Origin: an uncultured virus (IMG/VR IMGVR_UViG_3300005356_000004)
Taxonomy: Duplodnaviria > Heunggongvirae > Uroviricota > Caudoviricetes
DNA length: 64,000 nt
IMG/VR virus record: IMGVR_UViG_3300005356_000004
Direction: 5' to 3' (one strand)
Numbering within the stretch: position 1 is the first letter of the stretch; the number at the start of each line of letters is the position of its first letter. The notes below the pieces were generated by a model. It saw only the letters and a list, made by a program, of their open reading frames with translations. It ran no database searches and had not been told where the DNA came from. Positions 38,901 through 48,346 of this stretch are shown one piece after another. Position numbers and translations under genes: made by a program.

Positions 38901-40296
38901 CGTTGAGTGCGTTGTTCGTCGTCTGCAACCGGACCCGGACCCCGAGGTTCAAGTCCCCGGTGGTCAGGTTGGGCGAGTACGCCGTGTCCTGGGCTGCCAG
39001 AGCCGTGCTTCCGGACTCAGTTCCATCAGCATAGAAGCGGTACGCCGCCTGGGAGATGGTCGCCGCGTTCTTGGTGACGTTGATCGTCGGTGTGACCGAG
39101 TAGGTCATCGTCGTGTCGACCGACGTCGGGACGACGCGGAACTTCAGGACGAAGCCGTTGCCCATCTGGGTCCGGTCGGCATAGAGCGTGTACAGCAACT
39201 CGGTGAAGTTGTTGCCACCCCACCCGACGTCGTCGGCTACAGCGTCCTCGGAGACCTTGCCCGCCACGAACGTCCCCGTGCCACCGGTCAACTTGTTGGT
39301 CGTCGCCTGTCCATCAGTGGTTCCGGAATCAGGGAACGGCTGCACATAGCCAGAACCCAATACGACGTTGTTCCACGGTCCCGAGGACTCCTGGACCTGG
39401 AGCGTCCAGTCCTCCGTCGAGGCGACAGCCTGGGCCGACGTCGACTGCAAGCGGATCCGCAACTGGCCGAAGAAGTCATTCGGTGAGGCGTCATAGGCGA
39501 AGGCGGTGTCCTGAGCGGCAATGGCGGTCCCCGCCGACTCCGAGCCACCCGAAGCGTAGAAGCGGTACGCCGCCTGCGTGACGAGAGCGGGCGCGTACGC
39601 CTGGAGAATCGTGACGATCGAGCCGTTGCCAGCGGTCAGGGCAGCCGCTGCGTTGTACGTCTGATGATTGGCGCCGGTGAGGATCTTGTACTGGATGAGG
39701 CCGAAGTTGTTGGTGGCAGCACTGCTGCCCGTCGAGCCGAGGGAGACACCGGCCGACCACGACCCTCCGGTGGTGTCGGTGTCCGAAGTGCCGAACGAGG
39801 AAGCGTTCGACTGGAACATGAAACCAACAGCAAGATCACCAATGACTGGGGTCGTGCCGGTCGTCGTTGCCGAGGCAGCGGTCGTCGTCGTTGAGTAGTT
39901 GGTGCCAGCCGTCGAGCGAGTCAGAGCAAACAGGCCTGAGAACTCCAGCGCCTGGGTGGCCTTCATCACCGTCGAAGAGTCGAGGGTTGCGGTGTAGCCA
40001 GCCACCGGCCAGGCGACCGTCGTCCGGATGGCCCACAACTCACCGGAGGCGAACGCCCCCGCCGATGTCGACGTCGAACGGGCCGCACCCAGGAACACCC
40101 ACGAGGCCGTCTCACCAGCGGCGACACCGATGCTGCTGACAACAGGCTTGCTCGCTACGGCAGCGTTGTCGAACAGGATCCCGGCGATGATCGTGTTCCC
40201 CGCCGGGACGATCGTTGACAGGTTGACGGCGATCGTCGTGCCCGCCGCCTTGATCGGCGTGGCGGCTGTGTGGTTCTTGACGAAGGCGACGGCCAC
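35980..40296 (-). CDS. large Ser/Thr/Ala-rich virion fibre/appendage protein
   Basis: 1438 aa; duplicated QAAYRFYA...AAQDTA module; DTFDRAD lectin-like domain; many ~26-aa LxATSxLTATG.R repeats. Confidence 0.8.
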   Translation of the reverse strand: MAVAFVKNHTAATPIKAAGTTIAVNLSTIVPAGNTIIAGILFDNAAVASKPVVSSIGVAAGETASWVFLGAARSTSTSAGAFASGELWAIRTTVAWPVAGYTATLDSSTVMKATQALEFSGLFALTRSTAGTNYSTTTTAASATTTGTTPVIGDLAVGFMFQSNASSFGTSDTDTTGGSWSAGVSLGSTGSSAATNNFGLIQYKILTGANHQTYNAAAALTAGNGSIVTILQAYAPALVTQAAYRFYASGGSESAGTAIAAQDTAFAYDASPNDFFGQLRIRLQSTSAQAVASTEDWTLQVQESSGPWNNVVLGSGYVQPFPDSGTTDGQATTNKLTGGTGTFVAGKVSEDAVADDVGWGGNNFTELLYTLYADRTQMGNGFVLKFRVVPTSVDTTMTYSVTPTINVTKNAATISQAAYRFYADGTESGSTALAAQDTAYSPNLTTGDLNLGVRVRLQTTNNALNEIYFTYELQYDLNNAGVWKTPQVLIDAYTAQTTANALTTDIVRTAQSFIGNGNAMSKTRFMLWSNPLSGPTVTSKIYSDNAGKPGTVVASSTTTIPTSSLPTSAGTWFEFAFAPFTLANGTKYWAAIECTTIPGGESVIYGVAPTGAHSGEQYTYLVSFSDWLSTSNDVVFQVLGGDPHVAVYDSASLTNDAAISAARLTGGTGSMQVGRVSEDGVVDVTAAWGNNNFTEFLYSVTLKAAALAHNDIIKFRITRNGTTTGVTYTVTPTLNIVLVTGPSGSGTMTSTSSLTATGQRQALRSLTLNAVATLSAAETRKSFGTFSGALAYSDTFDRADTTEPVSAGVGLGANWIGEGYKISSNAALRTGSSPAAWYQTAAPNDQYVEVDLPSGSTSDSGCLVRGSTNNSITNGYGSCYVGMLDSSSGGAKAWIMKYTSGSFVGFLADVAITPITGAVTLRLTAVGSLLTLYRNGVQVATATDSAHTGQWIGMQEGGSTPQILAWRGGTFGVLTSTSSLSSTARRTAAFSAGTIGSTTSSLTLTSKRGGTSAIVLPSTSSVVGTGVRQSRSTAALVSTATLTVTGFGVRAGQGTALLTATGTLTATGKAQHLGSLLLTSTTALSITSRRQALSTASLSAAAMLTITSKRAALGSGTVGSTGSTVVTGRRTADRSAGSFGSTSTLTATARRTAARSLSLTSTSTLTAEGFRPPAADGVIDNFGATSSLSATGVRRSSGSILLGATSGFATQQKRESRSTAALTAVTALTSTSTRGSQGTATLGSSAALSTTARRVASHSLSMSASSHFVVAGNLMGLGSLTLSSVATLHGVGFRPMAFGGAAFLSATGSLTATGRGQRTGVATLHATSGFAPGVGARGGAGVGLPISASSSLSSVGTKHSLSSILLTASGDILATGAIFIPPHAEGDAALAATSSLVAHGRVPPANVGIILNDAYAIYLGTAKATKVYLGTVQVWPKE

Positions 40297-40307
40297 CGTC
40301 GCACCAA

Positions 40308-40661
40308 TCAGTCGAAGGCGACTGTGGCGGAAGTCACCTGATACGTGCCCTGCGCGCCGTACGGTCCCTCGGAGGCGGCGAAGGCTCCGGAACCACCACG
40401 GGTGCCCGCCGTCGAGGCGGTCATGAAGGCATAGTGCGAGACCGTGGCACCGGCGGGGATGTCAAAGGTCTGCGCCGCCGAGATGGATGCATCACCGTTG
40501 GCCGAGGCGCCGAAGGTGACCTGCTTGCGGGCGTAGGCCGGTGACCCTCCGGCGATCTCGGACCCGGCACCAGTGGGGTCGCCGTTGTAAAGGGCGAGCC
40601 AGGTGTAGGCGCTCTTCCAGGCGTCGCAGGCGGTGTTGAGGCCAGCAGAGGTCAAAGGCAT
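40308..40661 (-). CDS. virion structural protein (fibre-associated)
   Basis: LALYNGDP...GSEIAGGSPAYARK...FDIPAGATVSH motif common in phage structural proteins. Confidence 0.75.
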   Translation of the reverse strand: MPLTSAGLNTACDAWKSAYTWLALYNGDPTGAGSEIAGGSPAYARKQVTFGASANGDASISAAQTFDIPAGATVSHYAFMTASTAGTRGGSGAFAASEGPYGAQGTYQVTSATVAFD

Positions 40662-40671
40662 TGAAGGCTCC

Positions 40672-40899
40672 TCATGGGGCTGTGATGACGTACAACGTTT
40701 CGGCGTCGTAGGTGTCGAGGTTGTTGTATTCAGTCTGCGTGCCAGACCACCACTCTGGTGTGACACCAGGCTTCCCCGGAGGACCGGGAATGCCACCGGG
40801 CGCCGACACGACCTGCGTGGTCCCGGTGTTGGCCACGACCTGCGCAACAGCAGGCGTCATGGCTGTTACCACAACAGTGGGCGGTGGAGCGGGGATCAC
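40672..40899 (-). CDS. small fibre-joint protein with short collagen-like stretch
   Basis: GIPGPPGKPG then WWSGTQTEYNNL..YDAETLYVIT. Confidence 0.7.
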   Translation of the reverse strand: MIPAPPPTVVVTAMTPAVAQVVANTGTTQVVSAPGGIPGPPGKPGVTPEWWSGTQTEYNNLDTYDAETLYVITAP

Positions 40900-41588
40900 A
40901 GCGTCACCTGCTGACCAACCCGAGCCTTCCCCGAGAGCATCGTCCTGGGATAGGCGTAGTACAGCGTGCCGTCGTCGGTGTTGGTCTGGAGGTCCCAGAA
41001 GTACTCGCCGGGGTAGAACGTCGTGCCCGAGAGCGTCACCATGGTGCCCGGCGGCATGGTGGCCGTGCGCGGCATGAATGTTGCCGTCACCAGGAAGTCA
41101 GTCATCAGGATGCCAATCGGCCGCACCGGGGGCCACCAGTAGCCGTAGCGCTGCCAGTACTTGGTGCGGACCTGCGAGGCCCAGGTGGCTTGGACCCAGG
41201 GGATCTGGGTGGTGACAGGCGGCTCGCTGTCATCAACATCGGTGTAGGTCCACTGTCCGTTGCCGTCATCAGCCCACCCGGCACCGACCGGCTGCTCCTC
41301 GACATAGGCCATGCCCTGGAACAAGAAGGCGAACACGGCCCAGTCACCAGCGGTATACGCCAGGTCCCGGGAGCCCGGGAGCAGTGACGAGACGCCTCCG
41401 TCGCCCCCCGAAGAACCCCCCGAGCCTCCAGGGGCGACGAAGCCGCTGCCCGGGATGCCGGGCGTCACGAACGCATTGGCGTAGGGGGAGTGCTCGACAC
41501 CTTCCATCTGGACGGCGCTCGACAGTGCGATCAGTGTCGTCTCTCCTGATGTGACAACACCGGTTCCGAGTGCGTTGATGTCGGTCAC
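40896..41588 (-). CDS. virion structural protein
   Basis: DL...AGD...YFWDLQ...RTMLSGK..V..QVT pattern resembling BppU-like adaptors. Confidence 0.6.
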   Translation of the reverse strand: MTDINALGTGVVTSGETTLIALSSAVQMEGVEHSPYANAFVTPGIPGSGFVAPGGSGGSSGGDGGVSSLLPGSRDLAYTAGDWAVFAFLFQGMAYVEEQPVGAGWADDGNGQWTYTDVDDSEPPVTTQIPWVQATWASQVRTKYWQRYGYWWPPVRPIGILMTDFLVTATFMPRTATMPPGTMVTLSGTTFYPGEYFWDLQTNTDDGTLYYAYPRTMLSGKARVGQQVTL

Positions 41589-41598
41589 AGACCCTCCT

Positions 41599-43080
41599 CT
41601 AGGTACGGATCATCCAGTTCACACCGAGGAACGGCGGCAGGGTGCTGATGGGCGCCCCGCCGCCGACGACCTGCTCGGTCAGACCGACGAGCGAACCCGT
41701 GCTTGGTTCGACGTGCACGGTGTGGCTGTGGCCACCACCGACCGCCGTCACATGGGTGTGCTCGCTCCTCCCTGATGTGACTTCTACTCCAGTGGCGGCT
41801 CGTGTTGTTGCATCCACCTCCTGAACTGCCACCGGGTGACTCGCGTCGTTGAATGGACCATCGAGGCGGCGTGTGCCGCCGAAGTACTTGGCGATGAACG
41901 CCCCACCACCGGCACCGTCTGCCCAGACGTGTGCATGTCCACCGTCTGCCACGTGATGCTCATGAGCACCTCCTGACAAGACGTCATGGGAATGGTCGGG
42001 CACGGCAATCGCCGTGGCGGCGTGCGTGTGCCCGGTGAGAGGGTTTGCCGCCACGTTGTGGCGATGCGGCGGCATGTTGTTCGTGCCAAGCGTGACCGTC
42101 GAGGATCCACCACGGTTCCCTACCGGTGCTTGCATCAACACGCTGTTACGAGCATCAGGAAGCCTGAAGTTGGAACCTTCTCTCCACTGCGGGAACTTGT
42201 CCCACAGCCTTCCTGAGACAGCCTGGGAGACCACTCGCCCGTCGAGGATGAGCCAGCCGGGGTCTGCTTCCGCCGCCATGGTGGCAACGACAACACCGGC
42301 TGGCGTTGGGTCGGCTGCGATGTTCCCCCATTCCGTACCGCTCCACAGCCAGAGCGTGCCATCACTGCGCTGGAAGAGGCCTCCAGCCACACCGCCAATC
42401 GGGAGCGTGTGCCCTCGGAGCAGATTGGTGCCGACAACAGTGCCACGGGAGACGATGCTGTTGTCGGCTTCGACCGTCTCGGCCTGGAAGTTCCGGACGG
42501 CCAGATCACCGAGCACGGTGAGCCAGGTTCCGGAAGCAGTCACCCCGACCAGAGGCCAGTTGAGCGATCCATCGTGGCTGATGCTGAACTTGAACGTGGT
42601 CCCGGCAGTGTTGTAGACGGACACAATCGTGCCGTTGTCAATGGCAGTGGCCAACTTCAGCGGAAGCATGATCCGCTTGTCGGTGATGACTGACACACCG
42701 GCACCGACGTACACTGCCGCCAACACCATCCGGTCATCCGGGATCGCCGGGAAGACCGGGTTGGGGTTGGCCGTGCCCTGAAGGACTCCCACGACACCGC
42801 TCTGGTTCACCGTCACCAGGTCGAAGCGCGCCTCGGCGGTCACCGAGCCGATGAGGGCGATCGTCGCCGCCACAGGCACGATGACACCGTTGACGACGAC
42901 AACACCCGTGGTCACATTGACCTGTGATGCCACACCACCATCGGTGACCTGGCAGCCGGTGATGACACCGTACCGATGGTTGCCGAGGATGGTGAAGTCA
43001 CCGGAATCAGGCTCGGCAACATCGAGGTTCCCGGCAACGTCCGGTGTGTTCTTGACGGTGAACCCAAGCAGGGCGACCAC
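41599..43080 (-). CDS. tail-collar-domain fibre protein
   Basis: PAGVV...PGWLILDG...FRLPD collar motif; HxH repeats; PPFLGVNWMIR. Confidence 0.85.
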   Translation of the reverse strand: MVALLGFTVKNTPDVAGNLDVAEPDSGDFTILGNHRYGVITGCQVTDGGVASQVNVTTGVVVVNGVIVPVAATIALIGSVTAEARFDLVTVNQSGVVGVLQGTANPNPVFPAIPDDRMVLAAVYVGAGVSVITDKRIMLPLKLATAIDNGTIVSVYNTAGTTFKFSISHDGSLNWPLVGVTASGTWLTVLGDLAVRNFQAETVEADNSIVSRGTVVGTNLLRGHTLPIGGVAGGLFQRSDGTLWLWSGTEWGNIAADPTPAGVVVATMAAEADPGWLILDGRVVSQAVSGRLWDKFPQWREGSNFRLPDARNSVLMQAPVGNRGGSSTVTLGTNNMPPHRHNVAANPLTGHTHAATAIAVPDHSHDVLSGGAHEHHVADGGHAHVWADGAGGGAFIAKYFGGTRRLDGPFNDASHPVAVQEVDATTRAATGVEVTSGRSEHTHVTAVGGGHSHTVHVEPSTGSLVGLTEQVVGGGAPISTLPPFLGVNWMIRT

Positions 43081-43090
43081 GGGGGCTCCT

Positions 43091-43981
43091 TCAGGCCGGA
43101 CGCGGATAGTTCATGACACCAGCACGGTTCTTACCCGCCGCCTCGGCTTCCAGGACGGCGTCGTACTCCTCCGGGTTGGCCTCGATGTAGTCGGTGATCT
43201 CGGACACGGTGTAGTCAGCCGGATCGAAGACCCGGTACGCCTCCAGTTGGTTGAGCAAGGTGGTGCGGTTCTTGCCCGCCGTCTCGGCGACATAGATGTC
43301 CTCCACCTCATCCGGATGCGCTTCGACGTACTCCACCACCTCAGGCACCGTGTGGTCAGCAGGATCGAACGGCCCTGTTGACTCATCAAGAGCCATGGTC
43401 TCCTCGCCACCGCCACCTTCCTCGACCATCATCGGGCTGGTGGTGGCAACAGCGGTGATGGTGATCGGGTACGAACCCGCTGCCGGAGTACCGGTCGAGG
43501 TCGCCGTGCCACCGGAAGCAGCCGACGTGACGTTCGCCGCCGTGTCAGCGAAGGTGAACGTCGTGCCCGAGGGCGTGCTGGCAACGACCCAGGTGCCGTC
43601 GAACGGAGCGCCAACACCGGCCACGATGACCTGCTGACCGATGGCGAAGCCGTGGGCCACCGTTGTGGTGAGGGTGGCGACGTTGCTCGTCAGCGCCTTG
43701 TTGGAGATGGTGCGCTGCGTGTCGGTGACTGTGAGCGTCGCCGTCTTGGACCCCGCCGTGGCGTAGGTGACCTGCGTCGGTGCCTTCACGGTCTGGGGCG
43801 TCGGCGTGCCGTTGGGCGGGAACGCCCACGAGAAGTCCTGATCGGCACGTGTGGACGTCGAGTTGAGGCTGAAGGTCCATTTCAACCCGTTGTTGGCTGC
43901 GGCGTCGGCATTGACGGTTGATGTGGCAACAGTGCCCTTCGAGCCCCAGGTGTTGGGACCGTGGACAGCGATGATGCTCAT
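43091..43981 (-). CDS. capsid-associated protein with PKD/Ig-like segment and two C-terminal helical repeats
   Basis: YATAGSKTATLTVT; HGFAIGQQVIVAG...FDGTW; FDPADxTV.E...AE.AGKNR twice. Confidence 0.7.
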   Translation of the reverse strand: MSIIAVHGPNTWGSKGTVATSTVNADAAANNGLKWTFSLNSTSTRADQDFSWAFPPNGTPTPQTVKAPTQVTYATAGSKTATLTVTDTQRTISNKALTSNVATLTTTVAHGFAIGQQVIVAGVGAPFDGTWVVASTPSGTTFTFADTAANVTSAASGGTATSTGTPAAGSYPITITAVATTSPMMVEEGGGGEETMALDESTGPFDPADHTVPEVVEYVEAHPDEVEDIYVAETAGKNRTTLLNQLEAYRVFDPADYTVSEITDYIEANPEEYDAVLEAEAAGKNRAGVMNYPRPA

Positions 43982-43989
43982 TGGGCCTC

Positions 43990-44289
43990 CTAGCCCCTGA
44001 AGGGCATCTCCATCAGGAGATCCCGGTCGAACAAGATCTGGGCCACCCGCTCGGGCACCCGGTAGCGCGTCCCTGCCTTGAAGTCGAACGAGTCCTCACC
44101 GATCGTCATCTGCTCGATGGTGATGTTCGGCCGGATGATGTAGCCGACAGCACCCTGCGGTGCCTGAAGTGGCACCTCGTGCACCTCGTCCACGATCAGC
44201 GGCTTCTCGAAGATGCCGTTCAGCGTGCCCAGGGTGGGCTCTTCGTCAGGCTCGGTCTGCTGCTGCGGTTGCTGCCGTGCTGTCGCCAT
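43990..44289 (-). CDS. small conserved virion-associated protein
   Basis: AAGGAG SD; FKAGTRYRVP..VA..L; directly after the capsid gene. Confidence 0.7.
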   Translation of the reverse strand: MATARQQPQQQTEPDEEPTLGTLNGIFEKPLIVDEVHEVPLQAPQGAVGYIIRPNITIEQMTIGEDSFDFKAGTRYRVPERVAQILFDRDLLMEMPFRG

Positions 44290-44311
44290 CAACATTCTCC
44301 TTGTTACGAGA

Positions 44312-44339
44312 ACCGGGGAGGCCCGAAAGCCTCCCCGGT
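44312..44339 (-). terminator. terminator hairpin after the major capsid gene
   Basis: ACCGGGGAGGC-ccgaaa-GCCTCCCCGGT. Confidence 0.7.
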
Positions 44340-44368
44340 CCATGCGCCATAGAGCGGATCGTACCCGC

Positions 44369-45691
44369 TCAGTTGGTGATGATCCGAACCACCGCCGCGT
44401 CGGTCACGGTGCCAAAGCCCCAGATGCCGTACCACGCCAGGGCGTGCTCACGACCGAAGTCGAGCACGCCGCCGTCACGCAGTTCGACGGGGAGGCTGAT
44501 GGCATGCCCGAAGGCGTTGTCACCGACCATCAGCGCCTCGAAGGCGCCGGGGAGTGGCGTCGGCCAGGTCTGGCCCCAGCCCGGTGTTGCCACATCACCA
44601 GGACCGAGATCCTGGTACGACGAACCGGCAACTTGCTCGATGTCGTCACCAGCCCCGCCCTCACCGGTCTTCCCGAAGGTGTCACGCCAGAAGGTCTGGA
44701 GCACCGAGGGGTCGTCGCCGGTCGGGGTGAGGTTGGTCGAGGTGCCGGTGCCGATGCCGACCGGAGCGCCGATCTGGGTGGTCTCGATGAAGACCACGTC
44801 GTTGATCCGGCCGATCTCGCCCAGCATGAAGTTGCCCGGCGCCGCGTACTTGGTGACCTCGATCCACTCCGGGGTGTCCCGAAGGCGCCGTGCCTGGTGC
44901 GGGTGCACGAAGCAGACGTAGGTCTCACCGAGGCGAGGGATGTTCTTGGAGGCCAGGGCCTCCACGGCATCCTTCACCGAGTGCGGGTGGAGGTAGAACG
45001 GCCCACCCGAGGGCGCCGTCCCGGCCACCGTGGCCCACGTGCCGACCGTGCCGGGCTCGTACACGCCGTACCCGGCGTTGATGGCAGCAGGCTTGGCGTA
45101 GCCGTAGACCTCCGACGTCGACCGCTGGAGCGTCGTGCGCGCCTGCGTGTCGAGGTAGAGCGCCATGTTGCGCCCGAGGAGCCGAGATGCTGATGCCATC
45201 ACATCATCGAAGGAAGCGTTGAGGAGCAGTTCGCTGACGGCAACAGCGAAGCCCTGCTCGGCCACCTTGATGTTGTACTGCTGGGCGGACAGACCGTGGG
45301 TCCGCATGCGCACACCCTCCACCAGCGGTCCCGCCGGGACCGGGAGGTTGTTGTAACGCATGAAGTTGACGGTCAGACCCGGCATGACGCCGAGTTCAGT
45401 CTTCTTCACCGCGAACTGCTCGAACCGCAGCACCGGCATCGCCTGGAACAAGATCTCCTTGCTCCAGATCGTCTGGATCGCTGGCCCGAGCATGGTCGAA
45501 GGGTTGGTGGCACCAGTCGCCGGAGCGACGCCGTACCCAAGGCCCGTCTGGTTGGCACCAACCGCCGCGGCTGCGTCGTAGCCAGCAGCAGGCTGGTAGA
45601 TGGAGTTGGTCGCACCGGCTGCCACCTGCGGGGTACCGGTGATCGCAGTGTTCTGCGGGAATGGGGAACCGAGCGGGGCCGGTCCGGCCAT
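44369..45691 (-). CDS. major capsid protein (N4 gp56-like, HK97 fold)
   Basis: LRFEQFA, F.RY..L...LVEG, YVCFVHPHQARRLR, GEIGR...VVFIET, DFGREH.LAWY. Confidence 0.95.
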   Translation of the reverse strand: MAGPAPLGSPFPQNTAITGTPQVAAGATNSIYQPAAGYDAAAAVGANQTGLGYGVAPATGATNPSTMLGPAIQTIWSKEILFQAMPVLRFEQFAVKKTELGVMPGLTVNFMRYNNLPVPAGPLVEGVRMRTHGLSAQQYNIKVAEQGFAVAVSELLLNASFDDVMASASRLLGRNMALYLDTQARTTLQRSTSEVYGYAKPAAINAGYGVYEPGTVGTWATVAGTAPSGGPFYLHPHSVKDAVEALASKNIPRLGETYVCFVHPHQARRLRDTPEWIEVTKYAAPGNFMLGEIGRINDVVFIETTQIGAPVGIGTGTSTNLTPTGDDPSVLQTFWRDTFGKTGEGGAGDDIEQVAGSSYQDLGPGDVATPGWGQTWPTPLPGAFEALMVGDNAFGHAISLPVELRDGGVLDFGREHALAWYGIWGFGTVTDAAVVRIITN

Positions 45692-45727
45692 GGAGCCCTC
45701 CTAAGGGACGTTCGTTGTTGACGGTTA

Positions 45728-46588
45728 CTACCGGCGTCGCGCTTGCGACGCTGACTGCATCAGCCGGTCCCGGTACTTCGTGTACGTCGCCATATCCATC
45801 GACCGGATGTCATCCGGCGTCAACGTCTCGAACGTCGTCTGTTGCTCCATAGGCCCCGAAGGTGGCGCCGTGACGGCGGTCCCCCGGTACTGCTGGCGCT
45901 GCGAGGTTACAGCACCTTGAACGGACGCGAGGATCTGCGCCGTCCGCGCCTTCATCAACTCGATGCTGGCGTCGATCTCCGCTTCGTTGTTGCCGGTGAT
46001 CAGATCCCGCAGTTCGGGCATGATCCACTCGGCTTCCTGGTCGACCCGAGCCCGCTGGTAGTTCACCAACTCGTTGAAGCGGCGCTCCTGCTCCAGCACG
46101 GCCCGGTCACGCTCACGCTCTGCTTCCAACGACTGGAAGCGTTGCGACCACTCATGCTCCTTGGTCTCCAGGAGCGAGCGGACGTCCATCTCCTCCTCAC
46201 GCTTCTTGCGATCAGCCTCCTCGCGGGCTCGAAGTTCGTCAGCGATGGCGGCTTCCCGGGCCTCCCGCTCCTGCTGGAGGGTCTTCAGTTGGGTGTCCAT
46301 CTCATCGATGCGCCCGTACAACTTGTCCTTCTCCTCCCGGCGGATGCGAGCCACATCCTCCTCGGTGAAGAGACGCTGACCTCCGGCGGTGTAACCGCCA
46401 CCAGCAGCCGTCCCGGCCCCAACGCCCTGCCCAGGGTTGATCAGGCCGCTGTTACTATTTGCAACTTGGCCTGGCTGGAGATCGGCATAGGTGACCGGTG
46501 GCTGGCGGGGATCCGTGCCCACAAGTACGCCCTGAGCAGGGGTTTCAGGGGGCAAGCCACCGGCGCCTTCCGCAGCAGTACCTGACAT
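45728..46588 (-). CDS. capsid scaffolding protein
   Basis: Coiled coil with R.EEKDKLY; ends DIRSMDMATYTKYRDRL; between portal and capsid. Confidence 0.85.
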   Translation of the reverse strand: MSGTAAEGAGGLPPETPAQGVLVGTDPRQPPVTYADLQPGQVANSNSGLINPGQGVGAGTAAGGGYTAGGQRLFTEEDVARIRREEKDKLYGRIDEMDTQLKTLQQEREAREAAIADELRAREEADRKKREEEMDVRSLLETKEHEWSQRFQSLEAERERDRAVLEQERRFNELVNYQRARVDQEAEWIMPELRDLITGNNEAEIDASIELMKARTAQILASVQGAVTSQRQQYRGTAVTAPPSGPMEQQTTFETLTPDDIRSMDMATYTKYRDRLMQSASQARRR

Positions 46589-46657
46589 CATGTCCTCCGT
46601 CGAGTTGTCCGTATACGCGAAGGATGCCACAACGTCGCTGATGAGGGCTATACCCCG

Positions 46658-48304
46658 TCACTTGTTGGTGTTGTCATAGTCCAACGTCTGCGGCGGGGCG
46701 ATTCCGTAAGCAAGTTGCATGATCTGCTGAGCCAGGACCGGGTCGACCGGTCCACCCGGCATCGAACCGTCCTCCATCATCATCGGCGTGCCGTCCGGCA
46801 TGATGCCGGTAGCAGCGATCTGGAACTGGGTCAGTTGCGCCCGGATGAGATCAAGCGCCGCCTGCTCCTTGGTGTCCTCCAGCAGTTCCTCAAAGATCTC
46901 CTGGACCTTCTGGTCGGGGAACTGCTCACCCAGGTCCCGCAGAGCGCCACGCTTGGACTCCAGGCCGAGCGCCATCTTCGCCTGGATCTCGTTGATCTTG
47001 ACCAAGAGATCCATCGGCAGCGGCGAGATCCAGTTGACCTCGGTCTTGTAGGTCAGCGCGTCGGTCGGATCCAGTTCCAGCATCTGATCCGGCTTGGGCG
47101 GCACGCCCGACAGGATCGGGTTGAACACCAGCGCCTCGGGCTCGAAGATGGCGAGCGTCTTGATCACATGGCGGTTGATGTCCTTCAGGCCCCGGGTGTA
47201 CTGCACCACCTTGATGTGACGACGCATCATCAGCGGCTGGTACTGGATGGTGAGCGCCGTGCCGGTGGTGTTGGAGATCGGCTGCTGCTGGCCGAGCGCA
47301 CCGGCAGGCACACCAGTCGACTCGTGCATCGCCTGCTTCAGCACCTCCAGGAAGCCGAGCATCCCGGTGAAGTCCGTCCGCATCTCCAGGTTCTGGATCT
47401 GGGCGTCCTTGTTGCCGATGGCCCAGACCTTCTTGGCGCCCTTCTCCAGGCCCGAAGCCTTGGCCCCGATGATGACGGTGACAGGCGAGCCATGGTAGTT
47501 GATGATGTCGGAGATCTCGGTGGCCTTCTCGTTGTACTCCCGGTTCAGGCTGATGATGTCCTGGATGTCCGAGAGGCCCCACGGGCTCGATGCCACCGGG
47601 TAGTTCGGGATGAACGCCACCGGGATCTCGCCCAGGGGGTTCGGGCGCCGGTCGATCAACTCGTCGTTGACGTACTCCTCGATCATGGAGTCCGTGATCA
47701 ACTCGACGTAGGTGTTGACCGCCCTGGTTCCATCAGCAGCGGTCGCCCAGAACTTGTACTTCAACTTGAAGCGGATCATCCGCTCCCGGTCGTGCGGGTG
47801 GAACTCCGGGAAGCAGAACGCCGGGTTCAGCGGCAGGATGCGCACCCGGCCGGGATGCGGCAGGCCCGCGGCGTCCACGAAGGGTTCCTCATAGGCGGTC
47901 TTGACGAACACGTCGCCGGAGACACCACCCTGCTGCGCCATCTCCCACAGGATGTTGTGCTTGTTGTTGTCGACCTCCCAGACCCGCTTCAGCAGCGGGG
48001 GCAGGATGGCCGACGTGGCCTCGGGGGAGGCGAACTCGACCCCTTGGCCAAAGCAGAAGTTGTTGATGTAATCAGCGAACGCCTTGACGTAGTTGAACGT
48101 CAACTGCGAGTCACCGATCTCCCGCCGGTAGGCCCAGTGGTGACCGAGGTACCACGCCCAGTTGCTGGCGTAGCGGGTCAGACGAGGCCCATGGACCTCG
48201 AACTCCTCATCGGCCAACTCCACGAGCCCCAGGGGGCTTACGGCAACAGTGAGATCGCTGGCTGCGGCCCGGTACGAGGCTGGTGCGAAACTGATCATGC
48301 TCAT
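46658..48304 (-). CDS. portal protein (SPP1 gp6-like)
   Basis: GGVSGDVFVK, NPLGEIPV...WGLSDI, SNTTGTAL; downstream of the terminase. Confidence 0.93.
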   Translation of the reverse strand: MSMISFAPASYRAAASDLTVAVSPLGLVELADEEFEVHGPRLTRYASNWAWYLGHHWAYRREIGDSQLTFNYVKAFADYINNFCFGQGVEFASPEATSAILPPLLKRVWEVDNNKHNILWEMAQQGGVSGDVFVKTAYEEPFVDAAGLPHPGRVRILPLNPAFCFPEFHPHDRERMIRFKLKYKFWATAADGTRAVNTYVELITDSMIEEYVNDELIDRRPNPLGEIPVAFIPNYPVASSPWGLSDIQDIISLNREYNEKATEISDIINYHGSPVTVIIGAKASGLEKGAKKVWAIGNKDAQIQNLEMRTDFTGMLGFLEVLKQAMHESTGVPAGALGQQQPISNTTGTALTIQYQPLMMRRHIKVVQYTRGLKDINRHVIKTLAIFEPEALVFNPILSGVPPKPDQMLELDPTDALTYKTEVNWISPLPMDLLVKINEIQAKMALGLESKRGALRDLGEQFPDQKVQEIFEELLEDTKEQAALDLIRAQLTQFQIAATGIMPDGTPMMMEDGSMPGGPVDPVLAQQIMQLAYGIAPPQTLDYDNTNK

Positions 48305-48346
48305 GACACCATCCTCGTGCGGTCCGGGCCGCAACCAGAGTAGTGC

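Noticed and set aside
46638..46660. CTGATGAG-GGCTATACCC on the plus strand, hammerhead-like
   Set aside because: No GAAA after the putative stem II.
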